Part shown: positions 30,363 through 39,796 of the stretch, one piece after another
Position numbering within the stretch: position 1 is the stretch's first letter
Layout: each line of letters starts with the position of its first letter
Source of the DNA: Faecalibacterium prausnitzii
GTDB taxonomy: Bacteria; Actinomycetota; Coriobacteriia; Coriobacteriales; Coriobacteriaceae
Length of the DNA: 64,000 nt
NCBI GenBank assembly: GCA_963603165.1
Contig: CAVCLY010000001.1
Span: 1,860 to 65,859 of the forward strand
Direction of reading: 5' to 3'
Notes under the pieces: generated by a model
The model's input: the letters and a program-made list of their open reading frames with translations, nothing else
Told to the model about the DNA's origin: nothing
The model's database searches: none
Made by a program: the position numbers and the translations under genes

Positions 30363-30443
30363 AGCGGCAGCTATTCTAGGTGCGACGTGGTGCACAACGT
30401 CGTGCGATCGGGTGCCGTTTGGCGCCAAGGCAGAGGAGGAATC

Positions 30444-32126
30444 ATGGCTGAACCCATCGACAGCATCAAGGCCCTTGCGGGCGGCGAGGCGAATATCGGC
30501 TCGTGCAACGTGAGCGCGCGCGGGGTCCGCATCGTGGTCAAGGACCGCAGCGCCGTTCAGCTCGAGCGGATCTGCGCGGTCGACGGTGTTGCGACGGCGA
30601 CCGTCGGCTCCTCTGCCCTTAAATGCACATTCACCCAGAGAAGGGGAGAGCAAATGGGCCAGTACCATGAGCTTGCCGGCAAGATTCTTGAGAATGTCGG
30701 CGGAATCGAGAACGTCAAGAGCGTTCGCCACTGCATCACGCGCCTGCGCTTTGTCCTCAAGGACGAGAATATCGCGAACGACGATGCCATTTCAAGTCTC
30801 GACGGCGTCATCCAGGTTATGAAGGCCGGAGGCCAGTATCAGGTCGTGATCGGAGCTGCGGTCGACGATGTGTACGAGGAACTGATCTCGGGATACAAGG
30901 TGCCCGGTATCGGCGCCGTCGCGGCTGATGAGGAGTCCGAGAAAGTCGAGGACGGCAAGAGCAAGAACGTCTTCAACATGCTGATGGACACTGTTTCGGG
31001 CAGCATGGCACCGACGCTGATGCCACTCGCCGCGGCCGGTATGATCAAGGGCCTGCTGGCGCTCTGCATCGCCATGGGCTGGCTTACCGCCGATAATGGC
31101 ACGTACATGATTTGGTACTCCATCGCCGACGGCTTCTTCTACTTCCTGCCCATCATCCTGGGCTACACCGCCGCCAAGAAGTTTGGCTGCAGCGAGTTTC
31201 TGGGCATGGCGCTCGGTGCCGCGCTCGTATATCCGTCCATGGTGAACCTGAGCACGACGGCCAAGGTCATGGGTACGCTCTTTGAGGGCACCGCCTTTCA
31301 GATGAGCTTCTACAACGCGTTCCTGGGCATTCCGGTCGTTCTGCCGGCGTCCGGCTACACCTCGAGCGTTATCCCGATCCTGATCGCCGTGTGGGCTGCC
31401 TCCAAACTCGAGGGCGCGCTTAACAAGACGGTTCCGCAGCTTATCCGCGCCATGGCCGTGCCGTTCATCTGCTTTGTCATCATGGCGCCGGCGACCTATC
31501 TGGTGATCGGCCCCGTCGCCTCGATGATCTCGGGTGTTTTGACGCTCATAACCGAGGCCCTCATCAGCGTTCCCGTCGTGGGTGGCGCCCTTGTCGGCCT
31601 CGCCGTGGGCGGCGCGTTCTCCACGCTCGTCATGTTCGGCCTGCATTGGGCAATCATCCCCATCATGCTCAACAACATCGCCATGCTCGGTTACGACCCG
31701 CTCATGGCAGCCGGCTCCATCGGCGGCTTTGTGGGCGTGTCGCAAGGTCTGGTCGTCGTGCTGCGCACCAAGAGTGACAAGACGCGCAACGTGGCTATTC
31801 CGGCGACCATCTCGCAGTTCTTCGGCGTGGGCGAGCCCCTGCTCTACGGCATCCAGCTCCCCAGCAAGTTCCTCTTTATCCAGAACATCGTGTTCTCGGC
31901 TCTGGCCGGTTTGGTGATGGGCGCCCTCAACGTGCATGCCTACAGCATGGGCAGCGCCGGCCTCTTCGGCATCCCCACCTTTATGGATCCCTCCGGAGCC
32001 GATACGACCAACATCGTGTTCTACCTGGCCACGCTGGCCGTGGTCATGGTCGTCGCCTTTGTCTTCACCATGGCGACCTATCACGATGACGGCTGCTATC
32101 TGGGCAAGTCGCGCGACAAGGCCTAG
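30444..32126 (+). CDS. PTS transporter, beta-glucoside/sucrose type, EIIB'-EIIB-EIIC (no EIIA); alternative start at 30654
   Basis: VGGIENV..HCITRLRF EIIB with catalytic Cys, GQYQVVIG, DGFFYFLP, MFGLHW, GVGEPLLYG; RBS at both 30444 and 30654. Confidence 0.92.
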   Translation: MAEPIDSIKALAGGEANIGSCNVSARGVRIVVKDRSAVQLERICAVDGVATATVGSSALKCTFTQRRGEQMGQYHELAGKILENVGGIENVKSVRHCITRLRFVLKDENIANDDAISSLDGVIQVMKAGGQYQVVIGAAVDDVYEELISGYKVPGIGAVAADEESEKVEDGKSKNVFNMLMDTVSGSMAPTLMPLAAAGMIKGLLALCIAMGWLTADNGTYMIWYSIADGFFYFLPIILGYTAAKKFGCSEFLGMALGAALVYPSMVNLSTTAKVMGTLFEGTAFQMSFYNAFLGIPVVLPASGYTSSVIPILIAVWAASKLEGALNKTVPQLIRAMAVPFICFVIMAPATYLVIGPVASMISGVLTLITEALISVPVVGGALVGLAVGGAFSTLVMFGLHWAIIPIMLNNIAMLGYDPLMAAGSIGGFVGVSQGLVVVLRTKSDKTRNVAIPATISQFFGVGEPLLYGIQLPSKFLFIQNIVFSALAGLVMGALNVHAYSMGSAGLFGIPTFMDPSGADTTNIVFYLATLAVVMVVAFVFTMATYHDDGCYLGKSRDKA

Positions 32127-32152
32127 CCTCCGCACATCCATAGCTCCCCAGC

Positions 32153-32188
32153 AAAGGGGACGGTTCAACGTGGCGAACCGTCCCCTTT
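32153..32188. repeat. Perfect 14-bp inverted repeat (REP-like) between PTS and GH78 genes
   Basis: AAAGGGGACGGTTC-AACGTGGC-GAACCGTCCCCTTT. Confidence 0.75.
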
Positions 32189-32215
32189 CAACTTCTCTTC
32201 CGAAAGGGTGGATCC

Positions 32216-34474
32216 ATGCAGCCTGATACCTTTGGCGCTCGGTGGATTTCGGGCGAACCGTTCGCCTACGAAACTGAGGCGGCTTACTACGACGAGCGGC
32301 ATCGCAACCACGTCGTCTGCGCTTCGTTCGAATTGGAGACCGTGCCCCGCACCGCGGCTTTGGCAATTGCCGTCATGGGCTACGCGCGCGTGCGCGTCAA
32401 CGGTTCCAGGATGGATGAGTCCGAGCTTTTGGGATGGTGGACCAACTTTACCAAGAAGGTTTACTCGCATGAGGCGGAGGTTTCCGGCCTGCTTGCCGCG
32501 GGCGTTAACACCATCGAAATCGAGTTGGGGAACGGCTTTTTCAACCCGTCTCCGCTCCGGCTGTTCGGCAAGTACAACCTTCGCGAGCGCCTTGCGGAAG
32601 TGGGGACGCCGCGCGTCATGTCCGCACTCGTTGCGAATGGCGACGAGGTGCTCGTCAAGACCGACGGGTCTTGGACGTCAATCGAGGGAGAGCTCCTGTT
32701 TAATAACGTGTACTTGGGTGAAGTGCGAGATTTGCGCCCGTACGAGGCGTGTGAGAACGGGGTTCATGTTTGGAAGGATGCCCGTTCCATAGAGCCGTCG
32801 CCGGTGGCTCCCTGCGTGCGTGGTGCCGCGGTGAGCCCGGTACGCGTCTTTGAGCACCGGGGCAAGACGGTCATAGATTTTGGTGAGGTCGTCGCCGGGT
32901 TTTGCCATCTGGTCCTGCACGCGCATGAAGGGCAGCGTGTCGATGCGGCGTATGCCGAGACATGGCGAGACGGGGAGCCGTATGCGGGAACGGCTGTTGC
33001 GGGATATGCGGGCATGGCCACGCCGCGCGGCGTTTGCCCGGGTGGCCCGGGTGCTCCGGAGCCCGCCGTGCAGCACGATGCCATCGTGTGCCACGAGGGC
33101 ACGAATGAGTTCGAGAATGAATTCTGCTGGCACTCATTCCGCTTTGTGACGCTTGAAGGCGCAGCCGTTGAGGATGTGATCGAGGCACGGGCGATCTATG
33201 TCCATACCGATCTTGAGGCGGTCGGTAGCCTGGAATTGGGCAACGAGGCCTTTGTGGCGCTGCACGATGCGGCGATCAGGACCAAACTTAACAACAACCA
33301 CGGGATCTTTGAGGACTGCGCGCGCGAGCGCTTTGGTTACGGCGGCGACATGATAGCCCTGGCCACGTCGCAGATGTTCAGCTTTAACGTGAGCGGCCTT
33401 ATCGATAAGTCGCTCGCCGACTTTGCCCGCGACCAAACGGAGCGGGGCGGTCTTCCCGAGACGGCGCCGTTTATGGGGATCGGTTCCAACGGGCCTGCGT
33501 ACGGTGAGGGCCCCCTGCTCTGGCAGCTCGCCTACCCGTATCTGGCGATCGAGGCCGATCGCATCTATGGAAGGCGCGACCTGCTCGAGCGCGAATGGGC
33601 GGGCATCGAGCGCTTTGGCAGCTACCTTCTTGGGTTCGATGCCGAGGAGCTTGCCGCTCACTGTCTGGGCGACCACGGCAGCCTTATCGCCCAGGGCTTT
33701 TCGAACGGATCACCCGACAAGGAATTCGCGGGCTGGTGCGCCATCCTTTGGGGAATCGATCTTGTTGCAGAGGCGGCGGGGCGCCTGGGTCATGATGCCG
33801 ACAGGTTGGCGGAGGAGAGCCGTGCGCTGCGAGTGCGGATCGTGGAGCGCTTTGGGCATGATGACGGCTCGTTTGGAGAGGGTACGCAGACGTCGTGGGC
33901 GTTTGCGGCCTGGCTCGGGCTGGGGAGCGAGACCGAGCTCGTCCGCCGTCTGGTGGGGGAGATCGAGTCGGCCGGCGTTCTAACCACCGGCATCTTCGGC
34001 ACGATGTTCGCCTTTGAGTTGCTCGCCCGCCATGGATACAGCGATGTGCTCGAGCGCTGGCTTTTGCGCGAGGGCGAGCCGAGCCTGCTCGGCATGCTGT
34101 CGAGCGGGAACGGCGCGCTGATCGAGATGTTCGACGACCCGCTCGCCTCGTGCGACCATGCCATGTTCTCGAGCTACGACCAATGGTTCTACCAGGGGTT
34201 CGGCGGAATTTTCATCGAACGCGATGCGCGGGGCTGCGACCGGATTCGCGTCAAGCCGTATCTGTCGCGGGCGACAGATCGTTTCGCGTGCGAATGGAAG
34301 TCGCCCGCGGGGCGTGTCTCGGTTGCATGGGAGCGCGCTGTCGCCGCGGCCGACGTCACGGTCGAGCTGCCCGTCGGTGTCGATGCGAGCGTTGAGGTTC
34401 CGTGGGGCTGCGAACTTGTTGAGCGCACCGAAGGCTTCGGTCGCATTACGATGCGTGTCAGAGAGGGAAAGTAA
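32216..34474 (+). CDS. Alpha-L-rhamnosidase (GH78), no signal peptide
   Basis: NTIEIELGNGFF, IDFGE, FCWHSFRFV, EDCARERFGYGGD, TTGIFGT, IEM, SCDHAMFS, SPAGRVSVAW. Confidence 0.85.
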   Translation: MQPDTFGARWISGEPFAYETEAAYYDERHRNHVVCASFELETVPRTAALAIAVMGYARVRVNGSRMDESELLGWWTNFTKKVYSHEAEVSGLLAAGVNTIEIELGNGFFNPSPLRLFGKYNLRERLAEVGTPRVMSALVANGDEVLVKTDGSWTSIEGELLFNNVYLGEVRDLRPYEACENGVHVWKDARSIEPSPVAPCVRGAAVSPVRVFEHRGKTVIDFGEVVAGFCHLVLHAHEGQRVDAAYAETWRDGEPYAGTAVAGYAGMATPRGVCPGGPGAPEPAVQHDAIVCHEGTNEFENEFCWHSFRFVTLEGAAVEDVIEARAIYVHTDLEAVGSLELGNEAFVALHDAAIRTKLNNNHGIFEDCARERFGYGGDMIALATSQMFSFNVSGLIDKSLADFARDQTERGGLPETAPFMGIGSNGPAYGEGPLLWQLAYPYLAIEADRIYGRRDLLEREWAGIERFGSYLLGFDAEELAAHCLGDHGSLIAQGFSNGSPDKEFAGWCAILWGIDLVAEAAGRLGHDADRLAEESRALRVRIVERFGHDDGSFGEGTQTSWAFAAWLGLGSETELVRRLVGEIESAGVLTTGIFGTMFAFELLARHGYSDVLERWLLREGEPSLLGMLSSGNGALIEMFDDPLASCDHAMFSSYDQWFYQGFGGIFIERDARGCDRIRVKPYLSRATDRFACEWKSPAGRVSVAWERAVAAADVTVELPVGVDASVEVPWGCELVERTEGFGRITMRVREGK

Positions 34475-34476
34475 GA

Positions 34477-36384
34477 ATGGCCTGTCGCTATCCGCATTTG
34501 TTTTCTCCCATCAAACTGGGCGACGTACTGGTTCAGAACCGTATCGTCGCCAATCCCATGAGCGAGCACTATGAGGACCGTTGCCGCGGCGGCGCGGGTA
34601 TCGTGATCTGCGGACATACGATCGTGGAGCCCGGCCGGTCATCGTGGATGTCGGCGGATGAACCCCATGCGTTTTCCAAATACGAGCGGGAGGCGACGGT
34701 CGCCCGTGCTCGCATGGCGCGAATGGCGGGTTCTGCCGCGAGCATCGAGCTCGCCCATGCCGGCCTGTATGCCCGCACGGTTGATTACGCCATGGGGCCC
34801 GATTCCTTTGTGCGCGAGGACGGCGTCGAGGTACGCGCCATGACGCCCGAGATGATGGATCATACGGCCGCGTGCTGGGCGCAGACCTGCGTCGATGCGC
34901 GCCGCGCCGGCTTCGACATGGTGTTCTTGCACTTTGGGCACGGCTGGCTCATGGGCCAGTTCCTGAGTCCGCTGTTCAACCACCGTGCGGATGACTACGG
35001 CGGCTCCATCGAGAACCGCATGCGGTTTCCGCTGCAGGTGCTGCGTGCGTGTCGCGAGGCCGTGGGGCCGAGGTTTCCCATGGAGATGCGGCTCTCGGCG
35101 GACGAGTGGATGCCGGGAGGTATCGCGCTGGAGGATGTCCTCGCCTTCTGCCGCGAGGCCCAAGCGTATGTGACGAGTATCCAGGTCTCGTGCGGACTCG
35201 ACATCGAGCATGAGGCCAACGTGCACACCTCGGCGACGAACCTCGACCCCCACCTGCTTAACATCGAGCTCGCCCGCGCGGTGAAATCGGCGGTTGACGT
35301 GCCTGTCACGCTTGTGGGCTCGGTCGAGACACCCGAGGAGGCCGAAGAGGCCATTGCGGGCGGTGCCTGCGACATGGTGGCGCTCGCCCGCGCCTTGGCG
35401 GCCGATCCGCTGTGGCCCGCCAAGGCCCGTGACGGTCGCGCCGACGAGATCGTCCCTTGCCTGCGGTGCCTGCAGTGCTACCACATCTCAACTGACCGCT
35501 GGAACGTGGGGTGCAGCGTCAATCCCCGCTTTGGCAACGAATCCTTTGTTCCGTTTGCCGTCGAGCCCGCCAAGGTCAAGAAGAGGGTGCTTGTGGTGGG
35601 CGCGGGGCCGGCGGGCGTCATGGCCGCCGTGACGGCGCATGCACGCGGCCACGAGGTGGTGCTTGCCGAACGCAGCGAATCCGTGGGCGGCACCGTTCGC
35701 CTGATCGCCCAGGAGAGCCACAAGGAAGACGCCGCGCGCTATTTGCGCTATATGCGCAATGAGGTCGACGGGCTCTGCGGGAAGGACGGCTTTGAGCTGC
35801 GCTTGGGCCAAGAGGTGACGTCCGAGGTCGTGGCCGAGCTCGCTCCCGACGCCGTGGTCGTCGCCGTGGGCGCCGAGCCTTTCGAGCCCCCCATCCCCGG
35901 TATCGATGGACCGGAGGTTATACCGTTTGTCGAGGCCATACCCCATATTCAGGAGCTTGGTGAGCGCGTTGTCATCGTGGGTGGCGGCACCATCGGCGCG
36001 GAGCTCGCCCTCGAGCTGGCCGAGATGGGACGTCGTGTTTGCGTGGTCGAGCGGGGCGACGAGCTCGCCTCACGCGGGAATTCACTCTTCAAGATCGCGT
36101 TGCGCCAGATGTTCGATAAACAGGATGGGCGCATCGAGGTGCTGCTCGGCACTGCCTGCTCTTCGATCGAGGAGGGTCGCGTGGTTGTAAGTGCGGCCGA
36201 TGGCACCGAGAGCGCGCTTGCGTGTGACAGCGTGGTGACGGCGCTCGGCGTGCACCCCCGCAGTGCCGTCGTCGAGTCGTTGAGCGGGATCGCGCCGCAA
36301 ACGATCGTGGTGGGAGATTGCCGCCGCGCGCGCGTGATCAAGGATGCGGTGTTTGAGGGCTACATGGCGGCCGCGGGGCTTTAG
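34477..36384 (+). CDS. Old Yellow Enzyme-family NADH:flavin oxidoreductase with Fe-S and FAD domains
   Basis: LFSPIKLG..NRIV, AGFDMVFLHFGHGWLMGQFLSP, DDYGGSIENR, CLRCLQC...CSVNP, GAGPAG, GGGTIG, GDC. Confidence 0.92.
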   Translation: MACRYPHLFSPIKLGDVLVQNRIVANPMSEHYEDRCRGGAGIVICGHTIVEPGRSSWMSADEPHAFSKYEREATVARARMARMAGSAASIELAHAGLYARTVDYAMGPDSFVREDGVEVRAMTPEMMDHTAACWAQTCVDARRAGFDMVFLHFGHGWLMGQFLSPLFNHRADDYGGSIENRMRFPLQVLRACREAVGPRFPMEMRLSADEWMPGGIALEDVLAFCREAQAYVTSIQVSCGLDIEHEANVHTSATNLDPHLLNIELARAVKSAVDVPVTLVGSVETPEEAEEAIAGGACDMVALARALAADPLWPAKARDGRADEIVPCLRCLQCYHISTDRWNVGCSVNPRFGNESFVPFAVEPAKVKKRVLVVGAGPAGVMAAVTAHARGHEVVLAERSESVGGTVRLIAQESHKEDAARYLRYMRNEVDGLCGKDGFELRLGQEVTSEVVAELAPDAVVVAVGAEPFEPPIPGIDGPEVIPFVEAIPHIQELGERVVIVGGGTIGAELALELAEMGRRVCVVERGDELASRGNSLFKIALRQMFDKQDGRIEVLLGTACSSIEEGRVVVSAADGTESALACDSVVTALGVHPRSAVVESLSGIAPQTIVVGDCRRARVIKDAVFEGYMAAAGL

Positions 36385-36429
36385 CTCGTGTGATATGGTT
36401 GCAGACGAGGGTTGAAAGGTAGACTTGCG

Positions 36430-37257
36430 ATGTGGATCTTGAAGAAGATCAACAACAATTGCGCGCTTGCCCGAGACGATTCCGGGCAGGACCTGGTGGT
36501 GTTCGGCAAGGGCATCGCGTACCGCCGGCCTCCCTATGAGCTCAAGGATCTTTCGCAGGTGGAGCGTACGTTCTACGGCATGGAAGGTGCGGGGATCGCC
36601 GCGCTCAAGGATATTCCCGAGGATGTTTTGCTGCTCGCCGCCGACATCATCGACTACGCCGGTGAGAAGCTCGACGTCGACTTCAATCCCAACGCGCCTG
36701 TGACGTTGGCGGACCACATCAACTTTGCCATCCAGCGGGTGCGGCAGGGAGTGGTGATCGAGACCCCGCTGACCTTTGACGTGATGCGCCTGTATCCGCG
36801 CGAGGTGGCGATTGCCAAGCGCGCCGTGACGTTTGCGAAGAGTCGTTTGGGCGTGGAGCTGCCACCGGCCGAGGTGACCAACATCGCCCTCCATCTGATC
36901 GATGGCGAGGCCGAGCAAAGCGATATGCAGGCGACGATCGAGGCGACGCGCGTACTCGAGGACGTGACACGTATCGTGACCGAACATATCGGCGAGGTCG
37001 ATACCGCTTCGTTCACCTATACGCGTTTTGCCATGCACGTGCGTTTTTTGCTCGATCGCATCAAAGGGGGTGCCGAGGTGGACGAGGGCCTTGGAACAAT
37101 GTTGCCCGTGATGAAGCGCGAATACCCGGAGGCCTATGCCTGCGCAGCGGACATCCTCGCCTACTTTCTCTCCTCGCATGGGTGGGAATGCAACGAGAAC
37201 GAGACTCTCTACCTGCTCATACATGTTCAAAGGCTCAAGGCGAGCATCGAGGAGTAG
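36430..37257 (+). CDS. BglG/LicT-family transcriptional antiterminator (CAT + 2 PRD)
   Basis: ILKKINNN...VVFGKGIAY CAT domain; PRD histidines LADHI, IALHL, FAMHV, LLIHV. Confidence 0.95.
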   Translation: MWILKKINNNCALARDDSGQDLVVFGKGIAYRRPPYELKDLSQVERTFYGMEGAGIAALKDIPEDVLLLAADIIDYAGEKLDVDFNPNAPVTLADHINFAIQRVRQGVVIETPLTFDVMRLYPREVAIAKRAVTFAKSRLGVELPPAEVTNIALHLIDGEAEQSDMQATIEATRVLEDVTRIVTEHIGEVDTASFTYTRFAMHVRFLLDRIKGGAEVDEGLGTMLPVMKREYPEAYACAADILAYFLSSHGWECNENETLYLLIHVQRLKASIEE

Positions 37258-37282
37258 GCTCGCTTTGCGGTTGATTGTCTGT

Positions 37283-37349
37283 TAAAAGCGGCCGTTTATC
37301 ACATGTAGAGGTCTGTTTCGCCCCCCCCTGCTGTGATAAACGGCCGCCT
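37283..37349. repeat. Long inverted repeat downstream of the antiterminator gene
   Basis: GCGGCCGTTTATCACA pairs with TGTGATAAACGGCCGC around a loop of about 28 nt. Confidence 0.65.
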
Positions 37350-37589
37350 TTCGCAACGGGAGGGTCTTGTGGAATCAGGCTGGTATCTGGATTAGATAAC
37401 CACTTTGGGCTGGGGATACCCACGGTTGCGGCTACAATGTTCGGCCATAGTGCGCCTGCTTAGGTCACGCGTGCATGCTTCGGCCGCGACGCGCGCCCAT
37501 CGCACGCATGCACGGGTGCGTGCGTGGCGAGCGTGCATGGTGCGTGCCATGCGCGATGGCGGAACGACAGCAATCGGAGGGACACCCCT

Positions 37590-39437
37590 ATGTGCGGAAT
37601 CGTCGGCTATACCGGCTCTGACATTGCAAAGGACATCCTGATCGGCGGCCTGAGCCGTCTTGAGTACCGCGGGTACGACTCGGCAGGCGTGGCGCTCGAG
37701 GTCGGCACCGGCACGGCCGCCCACCTCGACGTCGTGCGCCGCGTGGGCAAGGTGGCGGGCCTTGAGTCCGAGCTCGAGGGCACCCATTCCGACTCGACCT
37801 GCGGCATCGGCCATACGCGCTGGGCCACGCACGGCAAGCCCTCCGTTGCCAACGCGCACCCGCACACGAGCTGCGACGGGCGCATCGCCATCGTGCACAA
37901 CGGTATCATCGAGAACTTCCAGGAACTGCGCGAGGAGCTGCGCGAGCGCGGCCACGAGTTCAAGAGCGAGACCGACACCGAGGTCTTTGCGCATCTGATC
38001 GAGGAGGCCTACGAAGGCGAGCGCGACCTCATGGCCGCCGTGCGCGAGGCCTGCACCCATGTGGTGGGCGCCTACGGTCTGGCGGCGGTCTGCGCGGACG
38101 AGCCGGGCGTGATCGCCGTGGCGCGCAAGGATTCGCCGATCATCATCGGCCGCGGCGAGCGCGGCTCCTACGTTGCCTCTGACGTCATTGCCATGATCGA
38201 TGCCACGCGCGACGTGGTGGTGCTCGAGGACGGGCAGTTCGCCAAGCTCACGCCGGAGGGTATTGAGTACACCGACGACCAGGGCTGCGTAATCGAGCCC
38301 AAGGTCACGCATGTCGATTGGGATATCGACATGGCCGAGAAGGGCGGCTACCCCGACTTTATGCTCAAGGAGATCCACGAGCAGCCGCGCGTGGTGCGCG
38401 ACACGCTCGTCGGCCGCTTGAGCTCCACCGGCGAGCTCGACATCGATGAGCTCGGCCTTTCGCTCGAGGAGCTCAACGACATCGACCGCGTGTACGTGAT
38501 CGCCTGCGGCACCAGCTATCATGCCGGCCTTGTGGCCAAGAACCTCATCGAGGCATGGGCGCGTATTCCGTGCGAGGTGGAGGCCGCGAGCGAGTTCCGC
38601 TATCGCGACCCGATTATCACGCCGTCCACGCTCGTGGTTGCCGTGAGCCAGTCGGGCGAGACGGCCGACACGCTGGCCGCCATCCGCGACGCGCGCATCA
38701 AGGGCGCCAAGGTCTTCGGCATCACCAACGTGGTGGGAAGCCCCGTGGCGCGCGAGAGCGACGGTGTCATCTACACCAAGGCCAACAAAGAGATCGCCGT
38801 GGCCTCCACCAAGAGCTTTATCGGCCAGATCGTGAGCCTCACGCTGCTCGCCATGCTGCTCGGGCAGGTCAAGTACCGCCTGACCACCAAGCAGACGCGC
38901 ATGCTCTTCCGCGAGCTGGGCGATACGGCCGAGCAGATCCAGCACATTATGGACACGCAGACCGAGGCCATCCACGAGGCGGCGCTCGCCTGCAAGGATG
39001 CCCCCTCGGCGCTCTTTGTGGGGCGCGGCATGGGTGCGGCTATCAGCTACGAGGGCGCGCTCAAGCTCAAGGAGGTCAGCTACCTGCACGCCGAGGCCTA
39101 CGCTGCCGGCGAGATGAAGCACGGCCCGATCGCGCTCATCGACCCCGGGTTCCCCGTGATCGCGGTGACGACCAAGAGCCCCACCTACGACAAGACGGTG
39201 AGCAACCTCAAGGAGTGCGAGGCCCGCGGCGCCAAGATCATCGCCGTGGCCACCGAGGGCGACGAGGAGATCAAGAAGATCGCCGACCACGTGATCTACG
39301 TGCCCAAGGTGCGCGACTCGTTCAGCCCCATCACGGCCACCGTGCCGCTGCAGCTGCTCGCGCGCGAGGTCGCGATCCTGCGCGGGTGCGACGTCGACCA
39401 GCCGCGCAACCTCGCCAAGAGCGTGACGGTGGAGTAG
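37590..39437 (+). CDS. glmS: Glutamine--fructose-6-phosphate aminotransferase
   Basis: MCGIVG, LEYRGYDSAG, GHTRWATHG, SQSGETADT, EGALKLKE, DQPRNLAKSVTVE. Confidence 0.99.
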   Translation: MCGIVGYTGSDIAKDILIGGLSRLEYRGYDSAGVALEVGTGTAAHLDVVRRVGKVAGLESELEGTHSDSTCGIGHTRWATHGKPSVANAHPHTSCDGRIAIVHNGIIENFQELREELRERGHEFKSETDTEVFAHLIEEAYEGERDLMAAVREACTHVVGAYGLAAVCADEPGVIAVARKDSPIIIGRGERGSYVASDVIAMIDATRDVVVLEDGQFAKLTPEGIEYTDDQGCVIEPKVTHVDWDIDMAEKGGYPDFMLKEIHEQPRVVRDTLVGRLSSTGELDIDELGLSLEELNDIDRVYVIACGTSYHAGLVAKNLIEAWARIPCEVEAASEFRYRDPIITPSTLVVAVSQSGETADTLAAIRDARIKGAKVFGITNVVGSPVARESDGVIYTKANKEIAVASTKSFIGQIVSLTLLAMLLGQVKYRLTTKQTRMLFRELGDTAEQIQHIMDTQTEAIHEAALACKDAPSALFVGRGMGAAISYEGALKLKEVSYLHAEAYAAGEMKHGPIALIDPGFPVIAVTTKSPTYDKTVSNLKECEARGAKIIAVATEGDEEIKKIADHVIYVPKVRDSFSPITATVPLQLLAREVAILRGCDVDQPRNLAKSVTVE

Positions 39438-39472
39438 AGAAGGGCGTCTTGCGCCGATATATCGCAGCTTTT

Positions 39473-39499
39473 GAGCCGTCCGATTGGGCGGCTCTTTTT
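39473..39499 (+). terminator. Intrinsic terminator after glmS
   Basis: GAGCCGTCC-GATT-GGGCGGCTC plus T5. Confidence 0.8.
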
Positions 39500-39796
39500 G
39501 TTGATGGGGAACCTCTGTGCTTAGGGCGCCGGGCGCTCGCCAAGATGGCGGGCAATAACCGCCTTGCCCCTCGGCAATGCGTTCATATGTGCAGATGGCT
39601 TAGCGTATATCGACGCCGCTCGGGCTCGTTAATGGCTTCGTATTGCCGCTCGCCCGCGATAATCCGCCGACGGTCCATTTAAGTTTTGTTTTAACTTCGA
39701 TGCGCGCACTGGTGGGTCTAAAATTCCCGCGACTGTCTGTATGCATTCAGGTTGATCACACAGCCTGCGCATGTTGATCTGAAAAGAGTCGGGAAC

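Noticed and set aside
30168..30443. N-terminal extension of the PTS ORF
   Set aside because: It spans the promoter, operator, RAT and terminator; RBS-supported starts are at 30444 and 30654
37260..37589. glmS ribozyme
   Set aside because: The conserved AGCGCC...GACGAGG core could not be found upstream of glmS
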